A DNA stretch of 64,000 nucleotides from Gemmatimonadota bacterium (GCA_003222205.1 QHVC01000043.1:1944-65943), one strand, 5' to 3'. Shown: positions 28,886-38,715, counted from the first letter of the stretch. Numbers and translations: made by a program. Notes: generated from the sequence alone by a model not told the origin.

Positions 28886-29341
28886 CTAGGCTCCCTCTGC
28901 TTGGCACAAGGACCGGTAGAACTCATCCGCGGTCTGCGCGGCGAGCAACCGCGCGCGCACCGGCTCTTGGCGCACCAGGCGCGAGATGCGGCTCAGCGCC
29001 TTTACGTGCACCCCCGCCTGCGACTCGGGTCCGGCCAGAAGGAAAAACAACCGCACCGGCTGCCCGTCGATCGTCTCGTATGCCACCGGCTGCTGAGTCG
29101 TCCCTGCCACCACCACCAGGTTCGGCACCACCGGCGTTTTGCCGTGGGGCACCGCGACCCCGTATCCGATGCCCGTCGGGAACTGTCGCTCCCGTTCGAG
29201 AATCGCCCCCAGAACCTCCTCGGCCTGGGGGCCATCACCGGCCAGCGCCATGGCCACGAGCTCACGCAGCACCCCCTCTTTGTCCCCCGCCTTGAGGGGA
29301 ACGCGGATGTGGTCTGGCGTGAGCAGCTCGGACAGGCGCAC
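28886..29341 (-). CDS. ptsN: PTS EIIA(Ntr)-type regulatory protein
   Basis: 151 aa with a PTS_EIIA_2 pattern: ..RERQFPTGIGYGVAVPHGK.. contains the phosphorylatable His. Confidence 0.8.
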   Translation of the reverse strand: MRLSELLTPDHIRVPLKAGDKEGVLRELVAMALAGDGPQAEEVLGAILERERQFPTGIGYGVAVPHGKTPVVPNLVVVAGTTQQPVAYETIDGQPVRLFFLLAGPESQAGVHVKALSRISRLVRQEPVRARLLAAQTADEFYRSLCQAEGA

Positions 29342-29417
29342 GGCGTCTCGAAGTGGTGTAAGCGATTGAATCTAGTTAAGTTGAGCCGTCCACGCCACGC
29401 CGCGCGCGCGCCCTGCC

Positions 29418-30314
29418 ATGCAACGTTTTGTCCCCATGCTGGTTGCCCTCGGCCCCGCCGTCCTCGGGGCCCAGCAGGCTGCCGGTGCCGAACTGTGGCG
29501 CTTGGCGGGCGTAACTGTCTCGGTCCCGGCGGCGCTCGCGCGCGACGGTGCGGCGGCATTCTGGAATCCGGCCCAGGAGGCCGACGGAGCGCGGACGCTC
29601 GCGAGCCTCGAAGCCATCGAGACGCCGGAGATCGTGGGCGCCTCGGGCCTGCTCGCTTCGCTCCGCGTCCAGGTCAAAGGCGTGGGCCGGGTCGGCCTGA
29701 TCTACGGTCGCATGCAGCTCGGCGGATTGACGCGCACGTCGTTTGGCCCGGACGACAATGGCGGTACCATTCCGTTTTACACGCACACCGCCGGTCTTAC
29801 CTGGACCCGGTCGTTCGGCGCCACGACCCTCGGCGCCACGGCCGGCTATCACGACACGCAGCTCGACGACCTCCACGAGAGCCACTGGACGTTTGACATC
29901 GGCGCGGCGCGGCGGATCAACGACGTCCTCCGCCTGGCTGCCGCGACGCACTTTTTCGCGCGCTTCCAGACCGCTGACAACGTGCAGGACCTGTACGGGG
30001 CCGCCGAGCTGCGGGTGTTCCAGGGGCCGCTGTGGGACAGCAGCGCGGTGGCGACCGTGCGCGCGCGATACGGAGTCACGGTCACCCGCGCCGGCGCGGT
30101 TGACCACGCCTTCGGCGCCGGGATCGAGTTCGGACCCCCGCTCGCTGTGGACGCGCTGCTGGTGCGGGAAGCCGGTTACGGGGGAGCGGCCTGGCGCGTG
30201 GTGGGAGGCCTGCGCGTCGCCGTCGGGCACTACCGCATCAGCTTCGCGCGGGATACGGGCGTGAACGACATCGGCGCGGCCTACCGCGTCGGGCTCGAGG
30301 CGCGCCTGCGGTGA
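29418..30314 (+). CDS. Putative outer-membrane beta-barrel protein (family not recognised)
   Basis: Signal peptide (..LGPAVLGAQQ), then alternating hydrophobic/aromatic beta-strand pattern through to the C-terminus. The stop overlaps the rlmN start (GTGA). Confidence 0.45.
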   Translation: MQRFVPMLVALGPAVLGAQQAAGAELWRLAGVTVSVPAALARDGAAAFWNPAQEADGARTLASLEAIETPEIVGASGLLASLRVQVKGVGRVGLIYGRMQLGGLTRTSFGPDDNGGTIPFYTHTAGLTWTRSFGATTLGATAGYHDTQLDDLHESHWTFDIGAARRINDVLRLAAATHFFARFQTADNVQDLYGAAELRVFQGPLWDSSAVATVRARYGVTVTRAGAVDHAFGAGIEFGPPLAVDALLVREAGYGGAAWRVVGGLRVAVGHYRISFARDTGVNDIGAAYRVGLEARLR

Positions 30315-31378
30315 CGGACCTCCTATCGCTCGCCCCGGACGCGGCGCGGGCCGCACTCACGGAATGGCTGGACCGCACCGGGGAGGCGGCGTACCGGATC
30401 CGCCAGGTGCTCCCCCGCTTGTGGCAGCGCCCGGTGGCCCGTTGGGCGGACGCGACCGATCTGCCGGCCGCGCTGCGTGCGGCGCTCGATCGGGAGTTCC
30501 CACTGGCGCGGCTCGAAGCCACGGCCCATCAGGTTTCGAACGACGGCACTGAGAAATTCCTGTGGAAGTTGGCCGACGGCGAGGCGGTCGAGTCGGTCCT
30601 GATTCCCGAGGGCCGGCGCCGCACCCTGTGCATCTCGTCGCAGGTCGGGTGCGCGCTGGGCTGCGTCTTCTGCGCGACGGGCCGGATGGGGTGGCGGCGC
30701 GACTTGAGCGCTGATGAGATCGCGGGGCAGGTGCGGGCGATCATCGTGCGCGACCCGCACCAGAAGCCGACCAACGTCGTCTTCATGGGGATGGGCGAGC
30801 CGCTGCTCAACTGGGAGGCGGTGGATGTCGCCCTCACGATTCTCAATCACGGCGACGGCCTGGGGATCGGGGCGCGTCACATCACCGTGTCGACGGTCGG
30901 GATCCTCCCGAGTCTCGCAAAGTTCGCGCAGCGCCCCGAACAATTCCGTCTGGCCCTCTCGCTCCACGCGCCCGTGCCTGCCCTGCGTCGCGACCTGATG
31001 CCGATCGAGAAAAAATACGCGTTGCCGGACGTGATGAAGGCGCTGGCGCAGTTCTCGCGCCGCGTGACCCTGGAGTACGTGCTGATCGGCGGCGTGAACG
31101 ATTCCCTCGACACAGCGGATCGCCTCGTCAAGCTCGCCAAGCCGTTGGGCGCGCTCGTGAACCTGCTGCCGCTTCATCCTGGCGGGGCGCCGGGACTCAC
31201 CCCGAGCCCCCACGCGCAGATGCTCGCGTTCGAGCGGCGTCTCAAGCGTTCCGGCGTGGCGGCGGTGCTGCGCCGCAGCCGCGGGCTCGACATCAGCGCC
31301 GCATGCGGGCAGCTACGGGTGGAACTCGGACCGCGGCGGCGCAAAGTCGGCGCCGAGGAGCACGCTGGCGTCGAGTAG
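30311..31378 (+). CDS. rlmN: 23S rRNA/tRNA (adenine-C2)-methyltransferase RlmN (radical SAM)
   Basis: ..YRIRQV..W.., the radical-SAM cluster motif CALGCVFCATG, ..NVVFMGMGEPL.N.. and the C-terminal ..DISAACGQL.. are present. Confidence 0.93.
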   Translation: MTDLLSLAPDAARAALTEWLDRTGEAAYRIRQVLPRLWQRPVARWADATDLPAALRAALDREFPLARLEATAHQVSNDGTEKFLWKLADGEAVESVLIPEGRRRTLCISSQVGCALGCVFCATGRMGWRRDLSADEIAGQVRAIIVRDPHQKPTNVVFMGMGEPLLNWEAVDVALTILNHGDGLGIGARHITVSTVGILPSLAKFAQRPEQFRLALSLHAPVPALRRDLMPIEKKYALPDVMKALAQFSRRVTLEYVLIGGVNDSLDTADRLVKLAKPLGALVNLLPLHPGGAPGLTPSPHAQMLAFERRLKRSGVAAVLRRSRGLDISAACGQLRVELGPRRRKVGAEEHAGVE

Positions 31379-31735
31379 CCGGGTGGAGTCGCGTTGGAGC
31401 AGGATGGTGCCGGTGCGGAGTGCCTGACGGACTCGTTCCCCGATGCTGGCTGGCCCGCGGCGCACCAGGATGCGCGTCGAATCGAGCGTGCCCAGGCTCG
31501 CCGGCGCGTTGCCGTAGAAGACGACGTCCACCCCCGCCTCGCGCAGCACTCGCGTCGCCGTTCTGGCCAGGCCGGGTTTGCCGCTCGCGTTCAGGACTTC
31601 GACCATCACCCGCTCGCCCTGATCGCCCGGGATAGTGGCCGGCCCACTTGACGGCCGACTGCCACGACAACCGAGCACGACGATCAGGATTGCCAGTCCG
31701 ACCGTCCGACAGTCCGCCCGTCCGACGATTCTCAT
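31313..31735 (-). CDS. LytR_C domain lipoprotein
   Basis: ATG at 31735 overlaps the upstream stop (ATGA). Lipobox VVLGC is present. ..VEVLNASGKPGLA......L...G..V.......... matches the LytR C-terminal domain pattern. Signal-peptide residues 4-13 are encoded by the 8-bp repeat array. Confidence 0.65.
   Translation of the reverse strand: MRIVGRADCRTVGLAILIVVLGCRGSRPSSGPATIPGDQGERVMVEVLNASGKPGLARTATRVLREAGVDVVFYGNAPASLGTLDSTRILVRRGPASIGERVRQALRTGTILLQRDSTRLLDASVLLGADFAPPRSEFHP
31696..31726. repeat. Tandem array, 4 x (GTCCGAC + 1 nt), period 8 (third unit degenerate: GTCCGCC)
   Basis: Units begin at 31696, 31704, 31712 and 31720. The array begins 6 nt after the upstream stop and 7 nt after the LytR_C start codon, reading on the minus strand. 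Confidence 0.95.
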
Positions 31736-32226
31736 GAGACCAGCGAGTTCCAGAACTGCACCGTCTCCTCGCGCAGCGGCCACCCCGACCGCACCGTCCA
31801 AGCGATGCGGCGCCGGGCCACCTCCCGCAGCACGCCATCCCGCTCGGCGGGCACTCGCTCAACCAGGTCGTGTCGCTCGTTTTGATCGAACGCCCGTCCA
31901 GGGTCGAGAAAATCGGCGAGGTACAACATCCGGCCCACGTCGTCCCACCGCGGGTAGCCGATCGAGTGGTAGCGCACGGCGTCGAGGACTCCACGATCCC
32001 GCTCGCCGTCCCGCGCCGCGCGATCGGCGGCGAGCGGGCCGTGATCCAGCTCCGACGCCGCGGGCGCGTCGCGCAGCGCGTCGTGGAGCCAACCCGCCCG
32101 CAACCAGCGATCCCGCTCCACATCCCCCACACGCATCGCCCCGGCCCACTCGCCGAGCAGTGCTACCACGCGCTCGATGTGTGCGCGCCGCTCCGGCGTG
32201 GCGACGGCCCACAGGGGCAGCGCCAC
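31732..32226 (-). CDS. HD-domain phosphohydrolase (YqeK-like)
   Basis: GTG at 32226 lies 1 nt after the panC stop. ..RRAHIERVVAL....A.......... and WLHDAL.. give the His...HD metal-site pattern. Confidence 0.6.
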   Translation of the reverse strand: MALPLWAVATPERRAHIERVVALLGEWAGAMRVGDVERDRWLRAGWLHDALRDAPAASELDHGPLAADRAARDGERDRGVLDAVRYHSIGYPRWDDVGRMLYLADFLDPGRAFDQNERHDLVERVPAERDGVLREVARRRIAWTVRSGWPLREETVQFWNSLVS

Positions 32227-32227
32227 G

Positions 32228-33097
32228 TCAGGCTCGCACGGCAGGGTCAGCCGCGATGCCTTCACCCAACACCACGTTGTCGATGAGCCGCGTCGCGCCG
32301 ACGCGGGCCGCCACCGCCACGATCGTCTTCGCCGTCACCCGCTCGACGGGTTGCATCGCCTCATCCACCAGCGCCACGTACTCCGGCTGCACTCCGGGCG
32401 CAGCCAGCGTCTCCATCCCTTTCTTCTGCAGCGCCGCGGCCTCGGCCTGGCCCCCACGCCAGGCCTGCTCCACGGCGCGCAGGGCGCGGGAGAGCGCGAG
32501 GGCGGAGCGCCGTTCATCAGGGGACAGGTAGGTGTTGCGGGAAGACAGCGCGAGCCCATCCAGCTCACGGACGGTGGGCGCGACCTCGATCTCCAGGGGA
32601 AAGTCGAGATCCCGCACCAGACGTTGCACCAGCATCGCCTGCTGAAAGTCCTTGCGACCGAACAGCGCGACGTCGGGCTCCACGACGTGGAACAGCTTCG
32701 CCACGACCGTGAGCACGCCGCTGAAGTGCCCGGGTCGGATCTTTCCTTCGAGCACGTCGGCCATGGGGCCGGCGGCTACACGGGCGATCGGGTCCGCCGG
32801 GTACATCGCCGACCGCTCCGGGGCGAACAGGCAGTCCACGCTCCGGGCGTGTGCCAGTCGCCGATCGCGGTCCAGGTCGCGGGGGTAGCGACTGAAGTCC
32901 TCCTGGGGCCCGAATTGCAGCGGGTTGACGAAAACGCTCAGCACCACGCGGTCGGCCAGCTCCCTGGCGCGGTCCACGAGGCGCAGGTGCCCTTCATGGA
33001 GGAAGCCCATCGTGGGGACGAACCCGATGCGGCGGCCGCGCGCTTTCTCCGCGCGGGTCCAGGCGCGCATGGCGGACAGGCTGGAGATTTCCTGCAT
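32228..33097 (-). CDS. panC: Pantoate--beta-alanine ligase
   Basis: ATG at 33097. ..IGFVPTMGFLHEGHL.L.., ..VSVFVNPLQFGP.ED...YPR.. are present. Confidence 0.93.
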   Translation of the reverse strand: MQEISSLSAMRAWTRAEKARGRRIGFVPTMGFLHEGHLRLVDRARELADRVVLSVFVNPLQFGPQEDFSRYPRDLDRDRRLAHARSVDCLFAPERSAMYPADPIARVAAGPMADVLEGKIRPGHFSGVLTVVAKLFHVVEPDVALFGRKDFQQAMLVQRLVRDLDFPLEIEVAPTVRELDGLALSSRNTYLSPDERRSALALSRALRAVEQAWRGGQAEAAALQKKGMETLAAPGVQPEYVALVDEAMQPVERVTAKTIVAVAARVGATRLIDNVVLGEGIAADPAVRA

Positions 33098-33099
33098 CG

Positions 33100-33921
33100 C
33101 TACTTCTGGAAGGAATGCTCCGGGTCGGGATACTTCCCCTCCCGCACCTCCGCCGCGAACCCCTGCACCGCCTGCTTCACGTCGTCGGCGAGATGCGCGT
33201 AGCGTTTGACGAATTTCGCGGAGAAGCGGTCGTTCAAGCCCAGGAGATCGTGAAGCACGAGCACCTGCCCGTCGCAGTCCTTCCCCGCGCCGATGCCGAT
33301 CGTGGGAATCGCGAGCGAGTTGGTGATCTCGGCGGCGAGCGGCGTGGGCACCAGCTCCAGGACGACGGCGAACGCGCCGGCATCCTCGAGCGCCCTGGCG
33401 TCGTCCTTCAGACGCTGGGCGGTCTTGTCGTCCCGCCCCTGCACGCGGTAGCCCCCCAGCGCGTGCACCGACTGCGGGGTGAGCCCGATGTGCCCCATCA
33501 CCGGAATCCCGACGTCCACGACGGCGCGCACCGTGTCCGCAATCGGCCGGCCGCCTTCCACCTTGATGGCGTGGCACCCGGTCTCGGCCATGACGCGCCC
33601 ACCGTTGCGGATCGCCTCTTCCTTCGTGACCTGGTAGGTGAGATACGGCATGTCGCACACCACCATCGCCCGCTGCGCGCCACGTCGCACGATCTTGGTG
33701 TGGTAGATCATCTGATCGAGTGTCGCCGAGAGGGTGGACTCGGCGCCGGCGAGCACCTGATTCACCGAGTCGCCGACGAGCAGGACGTCCACGCCGCTCG
33801 CGTCGAGCAGGCGCGCGAACAGGGCGTCGTAGCACGTGAGCATCACGATGCGCTCGCGCTTCTCCTTCATCTGCAGGAGGGCGTGGACGGTGACCGGCTT
33901 TGGGGCGGGGGCCTCAGGCAC
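33100..33921 (-). CDS. panB: 3-methyl-2-oxobutanoate hydroxymethyltransferase
   Basis: 273 aa; ..IVMLTCYDA..A.LLD..GVDVLLVGDS.., ..IKVEGG.., ..GHIGLTPQS.. are present. Confidence 0.93.
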   Translation of the reverse strand: MPEAPAPKPVTVHALLQMKEKRERIVMLTCYDALFARLLDASGVDVLLVGDSVNQVLAGAESTLSATLDQMIYHTKIVRRGAQRAMVVCDMPYLTYQVTKEEAIRNGGRVMAETGCHAIKVEGGRPIADTVRAVVDVGIPVMGHIGLTPQSVHALGGYRVQGRDDKTAQRLKDDARALEDAGAFAVVLELVPTPLAAEITNSLAIPTIGIGAGKDCDGQVLVLHDLLGLNDRFSAKFVKRYAHLADDVKQAVQGFAAEVREGKYPDPEHSFQK

Positions 33922-34348
33922 GGGCGGGACTCAACGCCTCCAGCTCCGCCACCTCGCGGCGCCAGAAGTCGCGGTTAGGCAGCTCGGGGTGGGGAACGGT
34001 GAGCCCGGGCTCGGACACGACCCAGTCGCCGTAGCGCACGATGTCCAGGTCCAGCGTGCGGGGCCCCCAGCGCTCGCCGCGATCCCGGCCGCGCTCCCGC
34101 TCGAGCTCGAGCAGCCCGAGCAACAGCTCCCGCGGTGGAAGCGACGTCTCCAGCAACACCATCTGGTTGAGGAATCGTCCCTGTGGGACGGGGCCCAGCG
34201 CCGCCGTTTCCTCCACCTGGGAGGCGGCGACCAGCCGCGTGTCCGGCAGCGCGCCGAGGCGCTCGCGGGCGAACGCCAGGTGGGCTGCGCGGTCGCCGAC
34301 GTTCGATCCGAGGGCCACGTAGACCCGCTCGACGGGGGGGGAGGACAC
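33914..34348 (-). CDS. folK: 2-amino-4-hydroxy-6-hydroxymethyldihydropteridine diphosphokinase
   Basis: 144 aa; ..VYVALGSNVGDR.., ..RWGPRTLDLDIV.., ..L.VPHPEL..R.F are present. Confidence 0.9.
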   Translation of the reverse strand: MSSPPVERVYVALGSNVGDRAAHLAFARERLGALPDTRLVAASQVEETAALGPVPQGRFLNQMVLLETSLPPRELLLGLLELERERGRDRGERWGPRTLDLDIVRYGDWVVSEPGLTVPHPELPNRDFWRREVAELEALSPARA

Positions 34349-34365
34349 GCGGGAATCCTAAACCC

Positions 34366-36450
34366 TCAGGGGACGCTGGCAAAGCCGCGCGTCAATTCGC
34401 GCAGCATTCCCGCCACTTGCTCGAGCTCGCGGGTCGCCTGCTCCAGCTCCGCGAGGCCGCGCGCCGCTTCGCTCGCCCGCGTCGCCACGCCGTCGGCCTC
34501 GCCGCGGTTCTTGCCCGCGATCTCGGCCACCGCGTTGATGCGCTGGCGCAGCCGCGCGAACGCTTCGTCCTGCTCCCCCGCCGCCGAGGCGATCCGCTGC
34601 GCGTGCGTCGTCGCATCCGCCGTCGCCGCCACGATCGCGTCCAGCGCCTCCAGCGCGCCCGCCGACAACTCCTCGACACCTCCCACGTTCACCTGCCCGC
34701 GTCGCATCTGCTCGACGACCTCGCCCACCTGGCGATGGATGTCCTGCACCAGCTCGCCCGCCTCGAGCGCGGCCGTGGCGCTCTGCTCGGCCAAGCGCCG
34801 GACCTCCTCGGCCACCACGGCGAACCCCTTGCCGTGCTTGCCCGCCCGCGCCGCCTCGATGGCGGCGTTCAGGGCCAGCAGGTTCGTCATGTCGGCGAGC
34901 TCGCGGATGGAAGCGATGAATCCCGTGATCCGCCGACTCACCTGCCCGAGCTGCTGCACCTTCGACGAGCTCTCCCCCACGAACCCCTTCAGCGCCACCA
35001 ACCGCTCGATGGCGTCGCGGATTTGCTGGCGGTTCTTGCCCGCGACCTCGCTCGCCGCGCTGGAGGCGCGCGCCGCTTCCGCGCCGTCGTTCGATACCCG
35101 CCGCGCCACCTGGGACAGCGTTTCCGTCGCCGCGAGCCCTCCGGACACCTCGCCTTCTTCGGCCACGACGCCGCCGCGGATCACCTCGGTCGACGCGGCC
35201 ACGGCCTTCGCCGCTTCCCGCAGCGCCACCGCCGCATGGGTCAGCGTCTGCAGCTGCTGCGTCACGCGCTCCACGGTCTCGACCAGCGGGCGCCGCAACT
35301 CGGTGATGTGGATCGCGGTGGCGAGCTGGTTGGCGAACGTGGTGATCGTGAGCACGTCCTTGCGGCGGTACGCCTTGCGCTTGTGATGCTCGAGCTCCAA
35401 GGTCCCGATCACCAGGTCGCCGAACTTGAGGGGGACGATGACCAGACTCTGCACTTCGAGCGGGGCGTCGGCGACGCGCTGGTCGCGGGTCACATCGTCG
35501 ATCACCACAGTCTCCCCCGCGCGCACCGCGGCGTCGCGCAGCTCCACCGTATCGGAAGAGGGGTCGCTCCGGACCTCACGCCCGATGGCGCTGCGATACG
35601 CCAGCGCGAGCCCGCCGTCCTGGCGCCGATAAATGCGGAAGTCCCCCCAGTCCACCAGGCGGTTGGCGAGCCGCTCGATGCGGCGGAACGAGTCCTCGAG
35701 GCTCAGGTTGCTCGTGATCACCGCGTCCATTGCGTGGATCTTGTTGAGCTCCTCGGCCGACACTGCTTCCTCCAGCATCATCTTGAGGAGCAGGCCCAGC
35801 CCCACGAGGACGGGCGCCACGAACACCCATACGAGCGGCTGCTCGCGAAACCCGACGATCGTGCCGACCACGGCTGCCGCCCCGATCAGGGTGGCGAAGT
35901 AGGCGAGCATCTCGTACCGCAGGATCAGCATGCGCTCGCCCACCTCGAGCTTGCTGCGCACCAGCAGACTCAGGTAAAACAGCGTCCGGGAGATGAGGAA
36001 GTAGGTGAGTGCTATGGCGAACAGGGGCAGGATGATCGCGCTGTGTGGCTCCGGCGGGATCTCCGCGGCTTCCAGCACGAACGCGTACACGCCGTACGCC
36101 GCGACCAGCGCGATCACTTCCCGGCCGAGATTGATCCAGGCGACCCGCAGCGGCTTGCGGTGCCACGTCCAGTCGACGATCAGCGTGCCCCCCGCGACCG
36201 CGGTGGCGGTCGCGGGGAGTCCCACGAGCAGGCTCCCCGCGAGTGCGACGAGGCCGGTCTGCGTGAGATAGGAGTACTTGCTCAAGGGGATGTGGAGGCC
36301 GCGCAGGGCGACGCAGGCGCCGAGCAGGACGATGATCTCCGGGATCTGGTGCAGCCAGCGCGGGTCCGCCGCCAACACCGCAGCGAGCAGCACGAGTCCC
36401 GTGTAGGCAAGACCCTGGCTGTAGAGCACGACGAACCGCTGGATCGTCAC
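34366..36450 (-). CDS. Polytopic-membrane / GAF / methyl-accepting-chemotaxis signalling-domain protein
   Basis: GTG at 36450 overlaps the trpA stop (GTGA). About 6 N-terminal TM helices are followed by a GAF-like region (..VIDDV..D.R.....[23 protein letters not shown]..). The canonical MCP hairpin tip [39 protein letters not shown] follows. No HAMP or periplasmic domain is seen. Confidence 0.8.
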   Translation of the reverse strand: MTIQRFVVLYSQGLAYTGLVLLAAVLAADPRWLHQIPEIIVLLGACVALRGLHIPLSKYSYLTQTGLVALAGSLLVGLPATATAVAGGTLIVDWTWHRKPLRVAWINLGREVIALVAAYGVYAFVLEAAEIPPEPHSAIILPLFAIALTYFLISRTLFYLSLLVRSKLEVGERMLILRYEMLAYFATLIGAAAVVGTIVGFREQPLVWVFVAPVLVGLGLLLKMMLEEAVSAEELNKIHAMDAVITSNLSLEDSFRRIERLANRLVDWGDFRIYRRQDGGLALAYRSAIGREVRSDPSSDTVELRDAAVRAGETVVIDDVTRDQRVADAPLEVQSLVIVPLKFGDLVIGTLELEHHKRKAYRRKDVLTITTFANQLATAIHITELRRPLVETVERVTQQLQTLTHAAVALREAAKAVAASTEVIRGGVVAEEGEVSGGLAATETLSQVARRVSNDGAEAARASSAASEVAGKNRQQIRDAIERLVALKGFVGESSSKVQQLGQVSRRITGFIASIRELADMTNLLALNAAIEAARAGKHGKGFAVVAEEVRRLAEQSATAALEAGELVQDIHRQVGEVVEQMRRGQVNVGGVEELSAGALEALDAIVAATADATTHAQRIASAAGEQDEAFARLRQRINAVAEIAGKNRGEADGVATRASEAARGLAELEQATRELEQVAGMLRELTRGFASVP

Positions 36451-37247
36451 GACCGCTGCTCCGCTGCCGACCGCACCGCCGTGACGAGCTCGGCGAGCAA
36501 CCGCTCGGCCGAGGCGAGGCCGCCGTTGCCGAGCGCTTCGACCAGCGCGCTCCCCACGATCACGCCGTCCGCCACTCTCGCCGCGGCTGCCGCTTGCGCG
36601 GCCGAGCCGATCCCGAATCCGATGGCGACGGGCAGCGGCGTCGCCGCCTTCACCCGCGCTACCTGGCGCTCCAAATCGGGCGGCACCTGCTCGCGCACAC
36701 CTGTCACGCCGAGGCGGGAGATGAGATAGATGAAGCCGGTGGCGCCGCGCACTGCCTCGGCGAGCCGACTGTCGGGCGTCGTGGGAGCGATGAGGCGGAT
36801 CAGCGCCAACCCACCGGCCGCCGCCCGCCGCTCCAGCGCCGGGTCGGCGCCCGCCGGCAGGTCGGTCAGGAGCAGCCCCGACGCGCCGGCGGCCTGCGCG
36901 GCGGCCACGAAGCGCTCCACGCCGAAGGCTAGCACCGGGTTCAGATAGGTCATGATCACGACGGGGACGTCGAGGCGCGCTTCGCGCACGAGGTCCAGGA
37001 CTCCGGCCACGGTCATCCCCTGGTCGAGCGCGGCCTGCGTGGAGCGCTGGATGGTGGGTCCGTCGGCGAGGGGATCGCTGAACGGCACGCCGACCTCGAG
37101 GAAGTCGGCGCCCGCCCGCTCGGCGAGGCGTAACGCGTCCCGACAGGCCGCGGGGCTGGGGTAGCCGGCGGTAACGTACGGCATCAGGGCCGCGCGCCGC
37201 TCGGCGCGCACGGCCCGCCAGCGGGCGGCGATCGGGTGGTCAGACAA
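36447..37247 (-). CDS. trpA: Tryptophan synthase alpha chain
   Basis: ..[10 protein letters not shown]......... and ..[22 protein letters not shown].. are present. The TTG start at 37247 overlaps the HD-GYP gene stop by 8 nt (TTGTCTGA). Confidence 0.9.
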   Translation of the reverse strand: MSDHPIAARWRAVRAERRAALMPYVTAGYPSPAACRDALRLAERAGADFLEVGVPFSDPLADGPTIQRSTQAALDQGMTVAGVLDLVREARLDVPVVIMTYLNPVLAFGVERFVAAAQAAGASGLLLTDLPAGADPALERRAAAGGLALIRLIAPTTPDSRLAEAVRGATGFIYLISRLGVTGVREQVPPDLERQVARVKAATPLPVAIGFGIGSAAQAAAAARVADGVIVGSALVEALGNGGLASAERLLAELVTAVRSAAEQRS

Positions 37248-38715
37248 AGTAGTCGCTGACCTGGATGCCGTACTTCGCCGGATCGCTGACCTTGATGATG
37301 GACCGGGGGAACTTGCCCTGTTCATCGCGATGCGCGAGGTCGACGACGGTCCCCGGGTGCTGGAGCGCGCCGTCGGGCGAGGCCACGATTCGCACCACCG
37401 GCCGGTGCACCCCGGAGACGTCGGCATTGGCGGCCTGGACCAGCGCCACCTCGAAGGTGTCGAGGATGACGCAGGTGCCCACCGGATAGATGCCGATGAG
37501 ATTGATGAACGCCTTGACGACCACCGGGTCGTACCCGCGGCGCGGGTTCTCCCACATCTCCTTCAGCACCTGGTCGGGCTGAATCGGCACCGTCTGGTAG
37601 ACGCGGCGGCTGGTCGCCGCGTCGAATCCATCCGCGACGGCGACGACTTTGGAATAGATCGACAGCTCCCGGGACCGGACCGACTTCGGGTACCCCGTCA
37701 GGTCGGTCTTCATGTGATGCTCGTAGGCGACGATCATGCCCCGGTAGGGGATCTCGCCGTACCCCCGCAGCCCGAAGAGCGTGAGTACCCCGAGCCAGGG
37801 GTGCGCCTGCATGATGCGCCATTCCTCGTCGCTCAGTCCGCCCTGCTTGTTCAGCACTTCCAGCGGCACCCGCGACTTGCCCACGTCGTGAAACAGAGCG
37901 GCGATCCCCAGATCGTAGAGCTGCAGCTTCGTGAGGCCGAGTTTGCGGCCCAGAGCGACGGAGAAGATGCAGACGTTCACCGAATGCGTGAAGGTGTACT
38001 CGTCGTAGTCGCGTAGGGTGGTGAGGCCCATGAGCGACGATTCGTTGTTCAGCACCTGGTCCACAATCGCCTGCACGGCCCGCTTGACCTTCTTGACGTT
38101 GGCCGTGCGGCCCAGCCGGATGCTGTTGATGACCTCCTTGGTCACCGCCACCGAGCGCGCGTAGGTGCGCTTCGCGGCCTCCTTCAAGCGCTCGACTTCC
38201 TCGACGTCCTCCTCGGTCTCGAGCGGGGGCTCGACCGAGATCAAGGAGACCCCGCCGTCCTGGAGCTTCTGCGCCAACTCGAAGACTTTGTTGGGGTTCG
38301 CTTCCTTGGCTGAGTACGACAGCAGCAGCGAGACGAAGATCTGGAGTTGCTTGCGGTCCACACCCTCATCCATGCGCACCGCGCCGACGCCGCACTGGCG
38401 CAGCACGCCGAGGATGTGCGAGAACGAGGCGTAGTTGTCGAGGTCGAGCCGCAGGCGCGTGGAGTTGACGAAGATGAACTCGCCCTGCAGCCGCAACTCC
38501 AGTTCGCGCTCGACCTCGAGCAGGTGCTTCGTGGCACTGGCGAGATCGTCGAGGGCGCGCTGCACCTGCGCGTTCTCGATGGGATACAGCTTCAGCGAGC
38601 GCAGCGCCGTGTACAGGAAGATCAGGAACTCGCGGCCCGCGAGCCGCAAGAACCCGTCGGTCGTCGCGACGGTTTCGACGATGGAGGCCCGGCGCGACGC
38701 CTGGGGATCGCTCAC
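37240..38715 (-). CDS. HD-GYP domain protein (putative c-di-GMP phosphodiesterase) with an uncharacterised N-terminal domain
   Basis: GTG at 38715 overlaps the HEAT gene stop (GTGA). ..THSVNVCIFS.., ..LFHDVGK.. and ..YEHHMKTDLTGYP.. form the HD ... HHxxxDxxGYP signature, which is slightly divergent here. Confidence 0.85.
   Translation of the reverse strand: MSDPQASRRASIVETVATTDGFLRLAGREFLIFLYTALRSLKLYPIENAQVQRALDDLASATKHLLEVERELELRLQGEFIFVNSTRLRLDLDNYASFSHILGVLRQCGVGAVRMDEGVDRKQLQIFVSLLLSYSAKEANPNKVFELAQKLQDGGVSLISVEPPLETEEDVEEVERLKEAAKRTYARSVAVTKEVINSIRLGRTANVKKVKRAVQAIVDQVLNNESSLMGLTTLRDYDEYTFTHSVNVCIFSVALGRKLGLTKLQLYDLGIAALFHDVGKSRVPLEVLNKQGGLSDEEWRIMQAHPWLGVLTLFGLRGYGEIPYRGMIVAYEHHMKTDLTGYPKSVRSRELSIYSKVVAVADGFDAATSRRVYQTVPIQPDQVLKEMWENPRRGYDPVVVKAFINLIGIYPVGTCVILDTFEVALVQAANADVSGVHRPVVRIVASPDGALQHPGTVVDLAHRDEQGKFPRSIIKVSDPAKYGIQVSDYFV

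Noticed and set aside
31313-31378. 66-nt convergent overlap of rlmN and the LytR_C gene as a sign of mis-annotation or a pseudogene
   Set aside because: Both proteins are complete through their conserved C-terminal regions. The overlap involves only non-conserved tails, which is plausible in this compact high-GC genome.
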